Source: Mobula hypostoma (Eukaryota). From it: a stretch of DNA of 64,000 nucleotides. The notes below the pieces were generated by a model. The model saw only the letters and a program-made list of their open reading frames with translations, searched no databases and was not told the origin of the DNA. Of this stretch, positions 27,201 to 45,200 are shown piece by piece. The DNA lies in NCBI RefSeq assembly GCF_963921235.1, contig NC_086100.1, forward strand, positions 202,556,001 to 202,620,000, given 5' to 3'. Within the stretch, counting starts at the first letter, position 1. Every line of letters starts with the position of its first letter. A program made the translations under genes and the position numbers.

Positions 27201-30200
27201 CACCGACACAGAAACAGCCTGCAACCAATGACACCTACACAGAAAAACCCCACACCCACTGACACCTACACAAATACAGCCCACACTGACACCAACACAG
27301 AAACACCCCACAGCCACTGACACCTACATAGAAACACCCCACACCCACTAACACTTTCACAGAATACCCCACAGCCACTGACAAATACACAGAAACACCC
27401 CACACCCACTGAATCACCTACACAGAAACACCCCACACCCACTGAACCACTTACACAGAAACACCCCACACCCACTGAACTACCTACACAGAAACACCCC
27501 ACACCCACTGAACTACCTACACAGAAACACCCCACAGCCACTGACACCTACATAGAAACACCCCACACCCACTGACACTTTCACAGAACACCCCACAGCC
27601 ACTGACAAATACACAGAACACCCCACACCCACTGACAAATACACAGAAACACCCCACACCCACTGAACCACCTACACAGAAACACCCCACACCCACTGAA
27701 CTACCTACACAGAAACACCCCACAGCCACTGACACCTACATAGAAACACCCCACACCCACTGACACTTTCACAGAACACCCCAGAGCCACTGACAAATAC
27801 ACAGAAACACCCCACACCCACTGAACTACCTACACAGAAACACCCCACACCCACTGAACCACGTACACAGAAACACCCCACACCCACTGACACCGACACA
27901 GAAAGACCCCACAGCCACTGACACGTACACATAACACCCCAGACCCACATACACTGAAACAGCCCACACCCACTGATTCCTACACAGAAAGACCCCATAC
28001 CCACAGACTCTACTCAGAAACACCCCGCACCCACGGACACCTACACAGAAACAGCCAGCACCCACTGACTCCTACACAGAAACACCCCACACCCACTGAC
28101 ACCTACACAGAAACACCCCACACCCACTAACACCTACACAGAAAGACCCCACAGCCACTGACACCTACACAGAAACACCCCACACCCACTGAACCACCAA
28201 CACAGAAACACCCCACACTCACTGACACTTTCACAGAACACCCCACAGCCACTGAAAAATACACAGAACACCCCACACCCACTGACAAATACATAGAAAC
28301 ACCCCACACCCACTGAACCACCTACACAGAAACACCCCACACCCACTAACACCTACACAGAAACACCCAACACCCACTGAACCACTTACACAGAAACACC
28401 CCACACCCACTTGCACCTACACAGAAACACCCCACACCCACTGACACCGACACAGAAACACTCCACACCCACTGACACCTATTCAGAAACACCCCACACC
28501 CACGGAACCACTTATACAGAAACACCCCATACCCTCTGACAAATACACAGAAACACCCCACACCCACTGAGCCACCTACACAGAAACACCCCACACCCAC
28601 TAACACCTACACAGAAACACCCAACATCCACTGAACCACTTACACAGAAACACCCCACACCCACTTGCACCTACACAGAAACACCCCACACCCACTGACA
28701 CCGACACAGAAACACCCCACACCCACTGACTCCTACTCAGAAAGACCCCACAGCCACTGACACCTACACATAAACACCCCACACCCACTGACTCCTACTC
28801 AGAAACACCCCACACCCACTGACACCTACACAGAAACACCCCACACCCAATGACACCTACAAAAAAACACCCCACACCCACTGAACCACCTACACAGAAA
28901 CACCCCACACCCACTGAGACCTACAGAAACACCCCACACCCACTGAACCACCTATGAACACCCCACACCCAATTACACCGACACAGAAACGCCACACACC
29001 CACTGACACCTACACAGAAACACCCCACACGCACTGACACCGACACAGAAACACCCCACACCCACTGACTCCTACTCAGAAAGACCCCACAGCCACTGAC
29101 ACCTACACATAAACACCCCACACCCACTGACTCCTACTCAGAAACACCCCACACCCACTGACACCTACACAGAAACACCCCACACCCAATGACACCTACA
29201 AAAAAACACACCACACCCACTGAACCACCTACACAGAAACACCCCACACCCACTGAGACCTACAGAAACACCCCACACCCACTGAACCACCTATGAACAC
29301 CCCACACCCAATTACACCGACACAGAAACGCCACACACCCGCTGACACCTACACAGAAACACCCCACACGCACTGACAGATACACAGAAACACCCCACAC
29401 CCACTGAACCACCTACACAGAAACACCCCACACCCACTGAACTACCTACACAGAAACACCCCACACCCACTGACACCTACACAGAAAAACCCCACATCCA
29501 CTGACAAATACACAGAAACACCCCACACCCACTTGCACCTACACAGAAACACCCCACACCCACTGACACCGACACAGAAACACTCCACACCCACTGACAC
29601 CTATTCAGAAACACCCCACACCCACGGAACCACTTATACAGAAACACCCCATACCCTCTGACAAATACACAGAAACACCCCACACCCACTGAGCCACCTA
29701 CACAGAAACACCCCACACCCACTAACACCTACACAGAAACACCCAACATCCACTGAACCACTTACACAGAAACACCCCACACCCACTTGCACCTACACAG
29801 AAACACCCCACACCCACTGACACCGACACAGAAACACCCCACACCCACTGACTCCTACTCAGAAAGACCCCACAGCCACTGACACCTACACATAAACACC
29901 CCACACCCACTGACTCCTACTCAGAAACACCCCACACCCACTGACACCTACACAGAAACACCCCACACCCAATGACACCTACAAAAAAACACCCCACACC
30001 CACTGAACCACCTACACAGAAACACCCCACACCCACTGAGACCTACAGAAACACCCCACACCCACTGAACCACCTATGAACACCCCACACCCAATTACAC
30101 CGACACAGAAACGCCACACACCCGCTGACACCTACACAGAAACACCCCACACGCACTGACACCGACACAGAAACACCCCACACCCACTGACTCCTACTCA

Positions 30201-33200
30201 GAAAGACCACACAGCCACTGACACCTACACATAAACACCCCACACCCACTGACTCCTACTCAGAAACACCCCACACCCACTGACACCTACACAGAAACAC
30301 CCCACACCCAATGACACCTACAAAAAAACACACCACACCCACTGAACCACCTACACAGAAACACCCCACACCCACTGAGACCTACAGAAACACCCCACAC
30401 CCACTGAACCACCTATGAACACCCCACACCCAATTACACCGACACAGAAACGCCACACACCCGCTGACACCTACACAGAAACACCCCACACGCACTGACA
30501 GATACACAGAAACACCCCACACCCACTGAACCACCTACACAGAAACACCCCACACCCACTGAACTACCTACACAGAAACACCCCACACCCACTGACACCT
30601 ACACAGAAAAACCCCACATCCACTGACAAATACACAGAAACACCCCACACCCACTGAACCACTTACACAGAAACACCCCACACCCACTGACACCAACACA
30701 GAAACACCCCACACCCACCGACAAGTACACAGAAACACCCCACACCCATTGAACCACTTACACAGAAACACCTCACACTGACTTACAGCCACACAGAAAC
30801 ACCCCACACCCACTGACACCTACACAGAAACACTCCACACCCACTGACACCTACACAGAAACACCACTCACCGACTGACACCGACACAGAAACAACCCAC
30901 ACCGACTGACACCTACACAGAACACCGCACACCCACTGACAGATACACTGAAACAGCCCACACCCACTGACACCTAGACAGAAACACACCACACCCACTG
31001 ACACCTACACAGAACACCCCACACCGACTGACAAATACACAGAAACACCCCAAACCAACTAAACCATCTACACAGAAACACCCCAAACCCACTGACACCT
31101 ACACAGAAACACCCCACACCCACTGACACCAACACAGAAACACCCCACACCCACCGACAAGTACACAGAAACACCCCACACCCATTGAACCACTTACACA
31201 GAAACACCTCACACTGACTTACAGCCACACAGAAACACCCCACACCCACTGACACCTACACAGAAACACTCCACACCCACTGACACCTACACAGAAACAC
31301 CACTCACCGACTGACACCGACACAGAAACAACCCACACCGACTGACACCTACACAGAACACCGCACACCCACTGACAGATACACTGAAACAGCCCACACC
31401 CACTGACACCTAGACAGAAACACACCACACCCACTGACACCTACACAGAACACCCCACACCGACTGACAAATACACAGAAACACCCCAAACCAACTAAAC
31501 CATCTACACAGAAACACCCCAAACCCACTGACACCTACACAGAAACACCCCACACCCACTGACACCTACACAGAAACAGCCCACAACCACTGACACCTAC
31601 ACAGAAACATCCTTCACCCACTAACAAATACACAGAAACACCCGACACCCACTGACACCTACACAGAAACACCCCAAACACACTGACAAATAAACAGAAA
31701 CTCCCTGCTCCCACTGACACCTACACAGAAACACACCACACCCACTGACACCTACATAGAACATCCCACACCCACTGAACCACCTGCACAGTAACACCCC
31801 GTACCCACTGACACCTACACAGAAACACCCACATCCACTGACAAATACACAGAAACACCCCACACCCACTGAACCACTTACAAAGAAACAACCCACACCC
31901 ACTGAACTACCTACACAGAAACACCCCACACCCACTGACACCTACACAGAACACCGCACACCCACTGAACCACCTACACAGGAACACCCCACACGCACTG
32001 AACCATCTACGAACACCCCAGACACAATTACACCTGCACAAAAACACCACACACCCACTGAACTACCTACACAGAAATACCCCACACCCACTGAACCACT
32101 TACACAGAAACACCCCACACCCACTGACACCTACACAGAAACACTCCACACCCACTGAACCACCTACACAGAAACACCCCACACCCACTGACACCTACAC
32201 AGAAACACCCCACATCCACTGACACCTACACAGAAACCCCCAGACCCACTGACACTGACACAGGAACTCCTGACCCCACTGACACCGACACAGAAAGACC
32301 CCACAGCCACTGACACATACACAAAACACCCCACACCCACTGGCACGTACACAGAAAGACCCCACACTGACTGACACCTACACAGAAATCCCTGGACCCA
32401 CTGACACCATCACAGAAACACCCCACACCCACTGATATCTACAAAGAAATACCCCACACCCGCTGACACCTACAGAGAAACACCCCACACCCACTGACAC
32501 CTACACAGAAACACCCCACACTCACTGACACTGACATAGAACATCCTACACCCACTGAACCACCTACACAGAAACACCCCACACCCACTGACACCTACAC
32601 AGAAACACCCCACACCCACTGACACCTACACAGAAAAACCCCACATCCACTGACAAATACACAGAAACACCCCACACCCACTGAACCACTTACACAGAAA
32701 CACCCCACACCCACTGACACCAACACAGAAACACCCCACACCCACCGACAAGTACACAGAAACACCCCACACCCATTGAACCACTTACACAGAAACACCT
32801 CACACTGACTTACAGCCACACAGAAACACCCCACACCCACTGACACCTACACAGAAACACTCCACACCCACTGACACCTACACAGAAACACCACTCACCG
32901 ACTGACACCGACACAGAAACAACCCACACCGACTGACACCTACACAGAACACCGCACACCCACTGACAGATACACTGAAACAGCCCACACCCACTGACAC
33001 CTAGACAGAAACACACCACACCCACTGACACCTACACAGAACACCCCACACCGACTGACAAATACACAGAAACACCCCAAACCAACTAAACCATCTACAC
33101 AGAAACACCCCAAACCCACTGACACCTACACAGAAACACCCCACACCCACTGACACCAACACAGAAACACCCCACACCCACCGACAAGTACACAGAAACA

Positions 33201-36200
33201 CCCCACACCCATTAAACCACTTACACAGAAACACCTCACACTGACTTACAGCCACACAGAAACACCCCACACCCACTGACACCTACACAGAAACACTCCA
33301 CACCCACTGACACCTACACAGAAACACCACTCACCGACTGGACACCGACACAGAAACAACCCACACCGACTGACACCTACACAGAACACCGCACACCCAC
33401 TGACAGATACACTGAAACAGCCCACACCCACTGACACCTAGACAGAAACACACCACACCCACTGACACCTACACAGAACACCCCACACCGACTGACAAAT
33501 ACACAGAAACACCCCAAACCAACTAAACCATCTACACAGAAACACCCCAAACCCACTGACACCTACACAGAAACACCCCACACCCACTGACACCTACACA
33601 GAAACAGCCCACAACCACTGACACCTACACAGAAACATCCTTCACCCACTAACAAATACACAGAAACACCCGACACCCACTGACACCTACACAGAAACAC
33701 CCCAAACACACTGACAAATAAACAGAAACTCCCTGCTCCCACTGACACCTACACAGAAACACACCACACCCACTGACACCTACATAGAACATCCCACACC
33801 CACTGAACCACCTGCACAGTAACACCCCGTACCCACTGACACCTACACAGAAACACCCACATCCACTGACAAATACACAGAAACACCCCACACCCACTGA
33901 ACCACTTACAAAGAAACAACCCACACCCACTGAACTACCTACACAGAAACACCCCACACCCACTGACACCTACACAGAACACCGCACACCCACTGAACCA
34001 CCTACACAGGAACACCCCACACGCACTGAACCATCTACGAACACCCCAGACACAATTACACCTGCACAAAAACACCACACACCCACTGAACTACCTACAC
34101 AGAAATACCCCACACCCACTGAACCACTTACACAGAAACACCCCACACCCTCTGACACCTACACAGAAACACTCCACACCCACTGAACCACCTACACAGA
34201 AACACCCCACACCCACTGACACCTACACAGAAACACCCCACATCCACTGACACCTACACAGAAACCCCCAGACCCACTGACACTGACACAGGAACTCCTG
34301 ACCCCACTGACACCGACACAGAAAGACCCCACAGCCACTGACACATACACAAAACACCCCACACCCACTGGCACGTACACAGAAAGACCCCACACTGACT
34401 GACACCTACACAGAAATCCCTGGACCCACTGACACCATCACAGAAACACCCCACACCCACTGATATCTACAAAGAAATACCCCACACCCGCTGACACCTA
34501 CAGAGAAACACCCCACACCCACTGACACCTACACAGAAACACCCCACACTCACTGACACTGACATAGAACATCCTACACCCACTGAACCACCTACACAGA
34601 AACACCCCACACCCACTGACACCTACACAGAAACACCCCACACCCACTGAACTACCTACACAGAAACACCCCACACCCACTGAACTACCTACACAGAAAC
34701 ACCCCACACCCACTGAACCACCTACACAGAAACACCCCACACCCACTGACACCTACACAGAAACACCCCACACCCACTGAACTACCTACACAGAAATACC
34801 CCACACCCACTGACACCTACACAGAAACACCCCACACCCACTGACACCTACACAGAAACACCCCACACCCACTGAATAACCTACACAGGAACATCCCACA
34901 CCCACTGAACTACCTACACAGAAATACCCCACACCCTGTGACACCTACACAGAAACACCCCACATCCACTGACAACGACACAGAAACCCTCAGACCCACT
35001 GACACTGACACAGGAACTCCTCACACCCACTGACACCGACACAGAAAGACCCCACAGCCACTGACACGTACACAAAACACCACACACCCACATACACAGA
35101 AACAGCCCACACCCACAGACACCTACAGAGAAACACCCTACACCCACTGACAAATACACAGAAACACCCCGCTCCTACTGACACCTGCACAGAAACACTC
35201 CACACCCACTGACACCTACACAGAAACACCCCACACACACTGAACCAGCAACACAGAAATACCCCACACCCACTCAACTACCTACACCGAAACACCCCAC
35301 ACCCACTGAACCACCAACACAGAAACACCCCGCATCAACTGACCCCTTCACAGAAACACCCCACACCCACTCACACCTACACAGAAACACCCCACACCCA
35401 CTGAACTACCTACACAGAAACACCCCACACCCACTGAACTACCTACACAGAAACACCCCACACCCACTGAACCACCTACACAGAAACACCCCACACCCAC
35501 TGAACTACCTACACAGAAACACCCCACACCCACTGAACCACCTACACAGAAACACCCCACACCCACTGACACCTACACAGAAACACCCCACACCCACTGA
35601 ACTACCTACACAGAAATACCCCACACCCACTGACACCTACACAGAAAGACCCCACACCCACTGACACCTACACAGAAACACCCCACACCCACTGAATAAC
35701 CTACACAGGAACATCCCACACCCACTGAACTACCTACACAGAAATACCCCACACCCTGTGACACCTACACAGAAACACCCCACATCCACTGACAACGACA
35801 CAGAAACCCTCAGACCCACTGACACTGACACAGGAACTCCTCACACCCACTGACACCGACACAGAAAGACCCCACAGCCACTGACACGTACACAAAACAC
35901 CCCACACCCACATACACAGAAACAGCCCACACCCACAGACACCTACAGAGAAACACCCTACACCCACTGACAAATACACAGAAACACCCCGCTCCTACTG
36001 ACACCTGCACAGAAACACTCCACACCCACTGACACCTACACAGAAACACCGCACACACACTGAACCAGCAACACAGAAATACCCCACACCCACTCAACTA
36101 CCTACACCGAAACACCCCACACCCACTGAACCACCAACACAGAAACACCCCACACCCACTGAACCACCAACACAGAAACACCCCGCATCAACTGACCCCT

Positions 36201-39200
36201 TCACAGAAACACCCCACACCCACTCACACCTACACAGAAACACCCCACACCCACTGAACTACCTACACAGAAACACCCCACACCCACTGAATAACCTACA
36301 CAGGAACATCCCACACCCACTGAACTACCTACACAGAAATACTCCACACCCTGTCACACCTACACAGAAACACCCCACATCCACTGACAACGACACAGAA
36401 ACCCCCAGACCCACTGACACTAACACAGGAACTCCTCACACCCACTGACACCGACACAGAAAGGCCCCACAGCAATTGACACGTACGCATAACACCCCAC
36501 ACCCACATACACAGAAACAGCCCACACCCACTGATTCCTACACAGAAAGACCCCAAACCTACCGACTCTACTCAGAAACAACCCGCACCCACGGACGCCT
36601 ACACAGAAACAGCCAGCACCCACTGACACCTACAGAGAAACACCCTACACCCACTGACAAATACACAGAAACACCCCACACCCACTGACACCTACACAGA
36701 AACACCCTACACCCACTGACAAATACACAGGAACATCCCACACCCACTGAACTACCTACACAGAAATACCCCACACCCTGTGACACCTACACAGAAACAC
36801 CCCACATCTACTGACAACGACACAGAAACCCTCAGACCCACTGACACTGACACAGGAACTCCTCACACCCACTGATTCCTACACAGAAAGACCCCATACC
36901 CACCGACTCTACTCAGAAACACCCCGCACCCACGGACACCTACACAGAAACAGCCAGCACCCACTGACAAATACACAGAAACACCCCACACCCACTGAAC
37001 CAGCAAGACAGAAACACCCCGCACCCACTGAACCACCAACACAGAAACACCCCGCACCCACTGACTCCTACACAGAAACACCCCACAGCCACTGAACCAC
37101 CAACACAGAAACACCCCACACCCACTGACACCTACACAGAAACACCCCACACCCACTGACACCTACACAGAAACACCCCACAGCCACTGAACCACCAACA
37201 CAGAAACACCCCACACCCACTGACACCTACACAGAAACACCCCAAGCCACTGACACCTACACAGAAACACCCCACACCCACTGACACCTACACAGAAACA
37301 CCCCACAGCCACTGAACCACCAACACAGAAACACCCCACACCCACTGAACCACCGACACAGAAACAGCCTGCAACCAATGACACCTACAAAGAAAAACCC
37401 CACACCCACTGACACCTACACAGATACAGCCCACACTGACACCAACACAGAAACACCCCACAGCCACTGACACCTACATAGAAACACCCCACACCCACTG
37501 ACACTTTCACAGAACACCCCACAGCCACTGACAAATACACAGAAACACCCCACACCCACTGAATCACCTACACAGAAACACCCCACACCCACTGAACCAC
37601 TTACACAGAAACACCCCACACCCACTGAACTACCTACACAGAAACACCCCACACCCACTGAACTACCTACACAGAAACACCCCACAGCCACTGACACCTA
37701 CATAGAAACACCCCACACCCACTGACACTTTCACAGAACACCCCACAGCCACTGACAAATACACAGAACACCCCACACCCACTGACAAATACACAGAAAC
37801 ACCCCACACCCACTGAACCACCTACACAGAAACACCCCACACCCACTGAACTACCTACACAGAAACACCCCACAGCCACTGACACCTACATAGAAACACC
37901 CCACACCCACTGACACTTTCACAGAACACCCCACAGCCACTGACAAATACACAGAAACACCCCACACCCACTGAACTACCTACACAGAAACACCCCACAC
38001 CCACTGAACCACGTACACAGAAACACCCCACACCCACTGACACCGACACAGAAAGACCCCACAGCCACTGACACGTACACATAACACCCCAGACCCACAT
38101 ACACTGAACCAGCCCACACCCACTGATTCCTACACAGAAAGACCCCATACCCACAGACTCTACTCAGAAACACCCCGCACCCACGGACACCTACACAGAA
38201 ACAGCCAGCACCCACTGACTCCTACACAGAAACACCCCACACCCACTGACACCTACACAGAAACACCCCACACCCACTAACACCTACACAGAAAGACCCC
38301 ACAGCCACTGACACCTACACAGAAACACCCCACACCCACTGAACCACCAACACAGAAACACCCCACACTCACTGACACTTTCACAGAACACCCCACAGCC
38401 ACTGAAAAATACACAGAACACCCCACACCCACTGACAAATACATAGAAACACCCCACACCCACTGAACCACCTACACAGAAACACCCCACACCCACTAAC
38501 ACCTACACAGAAACACCCAACACCCACTGAACCACTTACACAGAAACACCCCACACCCACTTGCACCTACACAGAAACACCCCACACCCACTGACACCGA
38601 CACAGAAACACTCCACACCCACTGACACCTATTCAGAAACACCCCACACCCACGGAACCACTTATACAGAAACACCCCATACCCTCTGACAAATACACAG
38701 AAACACCCCACACCCACTGAGCCACCTACACAGAAACACCCCACACCCACTAACACCTACACAGAAACACCCAACATCCACTGAACCACTTACACAGAAA
38801 CACCCCACACCCACTTGCACCTACACAGAAACACCCCACACCCACTGACACCGACACAGAAACACCCCACACCCACTGACTCCTACTCAGAAAGACCCCA
38901 CAGCCACTGACACCTACACATAAACACCCCACACCCACTGACTCCTACTCAGAAACACCCCACACCCACTGACACCTACACAGAAACACCCCACACCCAA
39001 TGACACCTACAAAAAAACACCCCACACCCACTGAACCACCTACACAGAAACACCCCACACCCACTGAGACCTACAGAAACACCCCACACCCACTGAACCA
39101 CCTATGAACACCCCACACCCAATTACACCGACACAGAAACGCCACACACCCGCTGACACCTACACAGAAACACCCCACACGCACTGACACCGACACAGAA

Positions 39201-42200
39201 ACACCCCACACCCACTGACTCCTACTCAGAAAGACCCCACAGCCACTGACACCTACACATAAACACCCCACACCCACTGACTCCTACTCAGAAACACCCC
39301 ACACCCACTGACACCTACACAGAAACACCCCACACCCAATGACACCTACAAAAAAACACACCACACCCACTGAACCACCTACACAGAAACACCCCACACC
39401 CACTGAGACCTACAGAAACACCCCACACCCACTGAACCACCTATGAACACCCCACACCCAATTACACCGACACAGAAACGCCACACACCCGCTGACACCT
39501 ACACAGAAACACCCCACACGCACTGACAGATACACAGAAACACCCCACACCCACTGAACCACCTACACAGAAACACCCCACACCCACTGAACTACCTACA
39601 CAGAAACACCCCACACCCACTGACACCTACACAGAAAAACCCCACATCCACTGACAAATACACAGAAACACCCCACACCCACTGAACCACTTACACAGAA
39701 ACACCCCACACCCACTGACACCAACACAGAAACACCCCACACCCACCGACAAGTACACAGAAACACCCCACACCCATTGAACCACTTACACAGAAACACC
39801 TCACACTGACTTACAGCCACACAGAAACACCCCACACCCACTGACACCTACACAGAAACACTCCACACCCACTGACACCTACACAGAAACACCACTCACC
39901 GACTGACACCGACACAGAAACAACCCACACCGACTGACACCTACACAGAACACCGCACACCCACTGACAGATACACTGAAACAGCCCACACCCACTGACA
40001 CCTAGACAGAAACACACCACACCCACTGACACCTACACAGAACACCCCACACCGACTGACAAATACACAGAAACACCCCAAACCAACTAAACCATCTACA
40101 CAGAAACACCCCAAACCCACTGACACCTACACAGAAACACCCCACACCCACTGACACCTACACAGAAACAGCCCACAACCACTGACACCTACACAGAAAC
40201 ATCCTTCACCCACTAACAAATACACAGAAACACCCGACACCCACTGACACCTACACAGAAACACCCCAAACACACTGACAAATAAACAGAAACTCCCTGC
40301 TCCCACTGACACCTACACAGAAACACACCACACCCACTGACACCTACATAGAACATCCCACACCCACTGAACCACCTGCACAGTAACACCCCGTACCCAC
40401 TGACACCTACACAGAAACACCCACATCCACTGACAAATACACAGAAACACCCCACACCCACTGAACCACTTACAAAGAAACAACCCACACCCACTGAACT
40501 ACCTACACAGAAACACCCCACACCCACTGACACCTACACAGAACACCGCACACCCACTGAACCACCTACACAGGAACACCCCACACGCACTGAACCATCT
40601 ACGAACACCCCAGACACAATTACACCTGCACAAAAACACCACACACCCACTGAACTACCTACACAGAAATACCCCACACCCACTGAACCACTTACACAGA
40701 AACACCCCACACCCACTGACACCTACACAGAAACACTCCACACCCACTGAACCACCTACACAGAAACACCCCACACCCACTGACACCTACACAGAAACAC
40801 CCCACATCCACTGACACCTACACAGAAACCCCCAGACCCACTGACACTGACACAGGAACTCCTGACCCCACTGACACCGACACAGAAAGACCCCACAGCC
40901 ACTGACACATACACAAAACACCCCACACCCACTGGCACGTACACAGAAAGACCCCACACCGACTGACACCTACACAGAAATCCCTGGACCCACTGACACC
41001 ATCACAGAAACACCCCACACCCACTGATATCTACAAAGAAATACCCCACACCCGCTGACACCTACAGAGAAACACCCCACACCCACTGACACCTACACAG
41101 AAACACCCCACACTCACTGACACTGACATAGAACATCCTACACCCACTGAACCACCTACACAGAAACGCCCCACACCCACTGACACCTACACAGAAACAC
41201 CCCACACCCACTGAACTACCTACACAGAAACACCCCACACCCACTGAACTACCTACACAGAAACACCCCACACCCACTGACACCTACACAGAAACACCCC
41301 ACACCCACTGAATAACCTACACAGGAACATCCCACACCCACTGAACTACCTACACAGAAATACCCCACACCCTGTGACACCTACACAGAAACACCCCACA
41401 TCCACTGACAACGACACAGAAACCCTCAGACCCACTGACACTGACACAGGAACTCCTCACACCCACTGACACCGACACAGAAAGACCCCACAGCCACTGA
41501 CACGTACACAAAACACCCCACACCCACATACACAGAAACAGCCCACACCCACAGACACCTAAAGAGAAACACCCTACACCCACTGACAAATACACAGAAA
41601 CACCCCGCTCCTACTGACACCTGCACAGAAACACTCCACACCCACTGACACCTACACAGAAACACCCCACACACACTGAACCAGCAACACAGAAATACCC
41701 CACACCCACTCAACTACCTACACCGAAACACCCCACACCCACTGAACCACCAACACAGAAACACCCCGCATCAACTGACCCCTTCACAGAAACACCCCAC
41801 ACCCACTCACACCTACACAGAAACACCCCACACCCACTGAACTACCTACACAGAAACACCCCACACCCACTGAACTACCTACACAGAAACACCCCACACC
41901 CACTGAACCACCTACACAGAAACACCCCACACCCACTGAACTACCTACACAGAAACACCCCACACCCACTGAACCACCTACACAGAAACACCCCACACCC
42001 ACTGACACCTACACAGAAACACCCCACACCCACTGAACTACCTACACAGAAATACCCCACACCCACTGACACCTACACAGAAAGACCCCACACCCACTGA
42101 CACCTACACAGAAACACCCCACACCCACTGAATAACCTACACAGGAACATCCCACACCCACTGAACTACCTACACAGAAATACCCCACACCCTGTGACAC

Positions 42201-45200
42201 CTACACAGAAACACCCCACATCCACTGACAACGACACAGAAACCCTCAGACCCACTGACACTGACACAGGAACTCCTCACACCCACTGACACCGACACAG
42301 AAATACCCCACAGCCACTGACACGTACACAAAACACCCCACACCCACATACACAGAAACAGCCCACACCCACAGACACCTACAGAGAAACACCCTACACC
42401 CACTGACAAATACACAGAAACACCCCGCTCCTACTGACACCTGCACAGAAACACTCCACACCCACTGACACCTACACAGAAACACCGAACACACACACAA
42501 CCAGCAACACAGAAATACCCCACACCCACTCAACTACCTACACCGAAACACCCCACACCCACTGAACCACCAACACAGAAACACCCCACACCCACTGAAC
42601 CACCAACACAGAAACACCCCGCATCAACTGACCCCTTCACAGAAACACCCCACACCCACTCACACTTACACAGAAACACCCCACACCCACTGAACTACCT
42701 ACACAGAAACACCCCACACCCACTGAATAACCTACACAGGAACATCCCACACCCACTGAACTACCTACACAGAAATACTCCACACCCTGTCACACCTACA
42801 CAGAAACACCCCACATCCACTGACAACGACACAGAAACCCCCAGACCCACTGACACTAACACAGGAACTCCTCACACCCACTGACACCGACACAGAAAGG
42901 CCCCACAGCAATTGACACGTACGCATAACACCCCACACCCACATACACAGAGACAGCCCACACCCACTGATTCCTACACAGAAAGACCCCAAACCCACCG
43001 ACTCTACTCAGAAACAACCCGCACCCACGGACGCCTACACAGAAACAGCCAGCACCCTCTGACACCTACAGAGAAACACCCTACACCCACTGACAAATAC
43101 ACAGAAACACCCCACACCCACTGACACCTACACAGAAACACCCTACACCCACTGACAAATACACAGGAACATCCCACACCCACTGAACTACCTACACAGA
43201 AATACCCCACACCCTGTGACACCTACACAGAAACACCCCACATCTACTGACAACGACACAGAAACCCTCAGACCCACTGACACTGACACAGGAACTCCTC
43301 ACACCCACTGATTCCTACACAGAAAGACCCCATACCCACCGACTCTACTCAGAAACACCCCGCACCCACGGACACCTACACAGAAACAGCCAGCACCCAC
43401 TGACAAATACACAGAAACACCCCACACCCACTGAACCAGCAAGACAGAAACACCCCGCACCCACTGAACCACCAACACAGAAACACCCCGCACCCACTGA
43501 CTCCTACACAGAAACACCCCACAGCCACTGAACCACCAACACAGAAACACCCCACACCCACTGACACCTACACAGAAACACCCCACACCCACTGACACCT
43601 ACACAGAAACACCCCACAGCCACTGAACCACCAACACAGAAACACCCCACACCCACTGACACCTACACAGAAACACCCCACAGCCACTGACACCTACACA
43701 GAAACACCCCACACCCACTGACACCTACACAGAAACACCCCACAGCCACTGAACCACCAACACAGAAACACCCCACACCCACTGAACCACCGACACAGAA
43801 ACAGCCTGCAACCAATGACACCTACAAAGAAAAACCCCACACCCACTGACACCTACACAGATACAGCCCACACTGACACCAACACAGAAACACCCCACAG
43901 CCACTGACACCTACATAGAAACACCCCACACCCACTGACACTTTCACAGAACACCCCACAGCCACTGACAAATACACAGAACACCCCACACCCACTGACA
44001 AATACACAGAAACACCCCACACCCACTGAATCACCAACACAGAAACACCCCACACCCACTGAACTACCTACACAGAAATACCCCACACCCACTGACACCT
44101 ACACAGAAACACCCCACATCCACTGACAACGACACAGAAACCCTCAGACCCACTGACACTGACACAGGAACTCCTCACACCCACTGACACCGACACAGAA
44201 AGGCCCCACAGCCACTGACACGTACACATAACACCCCAGACCAACATACACAGAAACAGCCCACACCCACTGACACCTACAGAGAAACACCCTACACCCA
44301 CTGAATAACCTACACAGGAACATCCCACACCCACTGAACTACCTACACAGAAATACCCCACACCCTGTGACACCTACACAGAAACACCCCACATCCACTG
44401 ACAACGACACAGAAACCCTCAGACCCACTGACACTGACACAGGAACTCCTCACACCCACTGACACCGACACAGAAAGACCCCACAGCCACTGACACGTAC
44501 ACATAACACCCCAGACCCACATACACTGAAACAGCCCACACCCACTGATTCCTACACAGAAAGACCCCATACCCACCGACTCTACTCAGAAACACCCCGC
44601 ACCCACGGACACCTACACAGAAACAGCCAGCACCCACTGACAAATACACAGAAACACCCCACATCCACTGAACCACCAACACAGAAACAGCCCGCACCCA
44701 CTGACTCCTACACAGAAACACCCCACACCCACTCACACCTACACAGAAACACCCCACACCCACTCACACCTACACAGAAACAGCCCACAACCACTGACAC
44801 CTACACAGAAACATCCTTCACCCACTAACAAATACACAGAAACACCCGACACCCACTGACACCTACACAGAAACACCCACATGCACTGACAAATACACAG
44901 AAACACCCCACACCCACTGAACCACTTACAAAGAAACACCCCACACCCACTGAACTACCTACACAGAAACACCCCACACCCACTGACACCTACACAGAAC
45001 AGCGCACACCCACTGAACCACCTACACAGGAACACCCCACACGCTCTGAACCATCTACGAACACCCCAGACACAATTACACCTGCACAGAAACACCACAC
45101 ACCCACTGAACCACTTACACAGAAACACCCCACACCCACTGACACCTACACAGAAACACCCCACACCCACTGAACCACCTACACAGAAACACCCCACACC

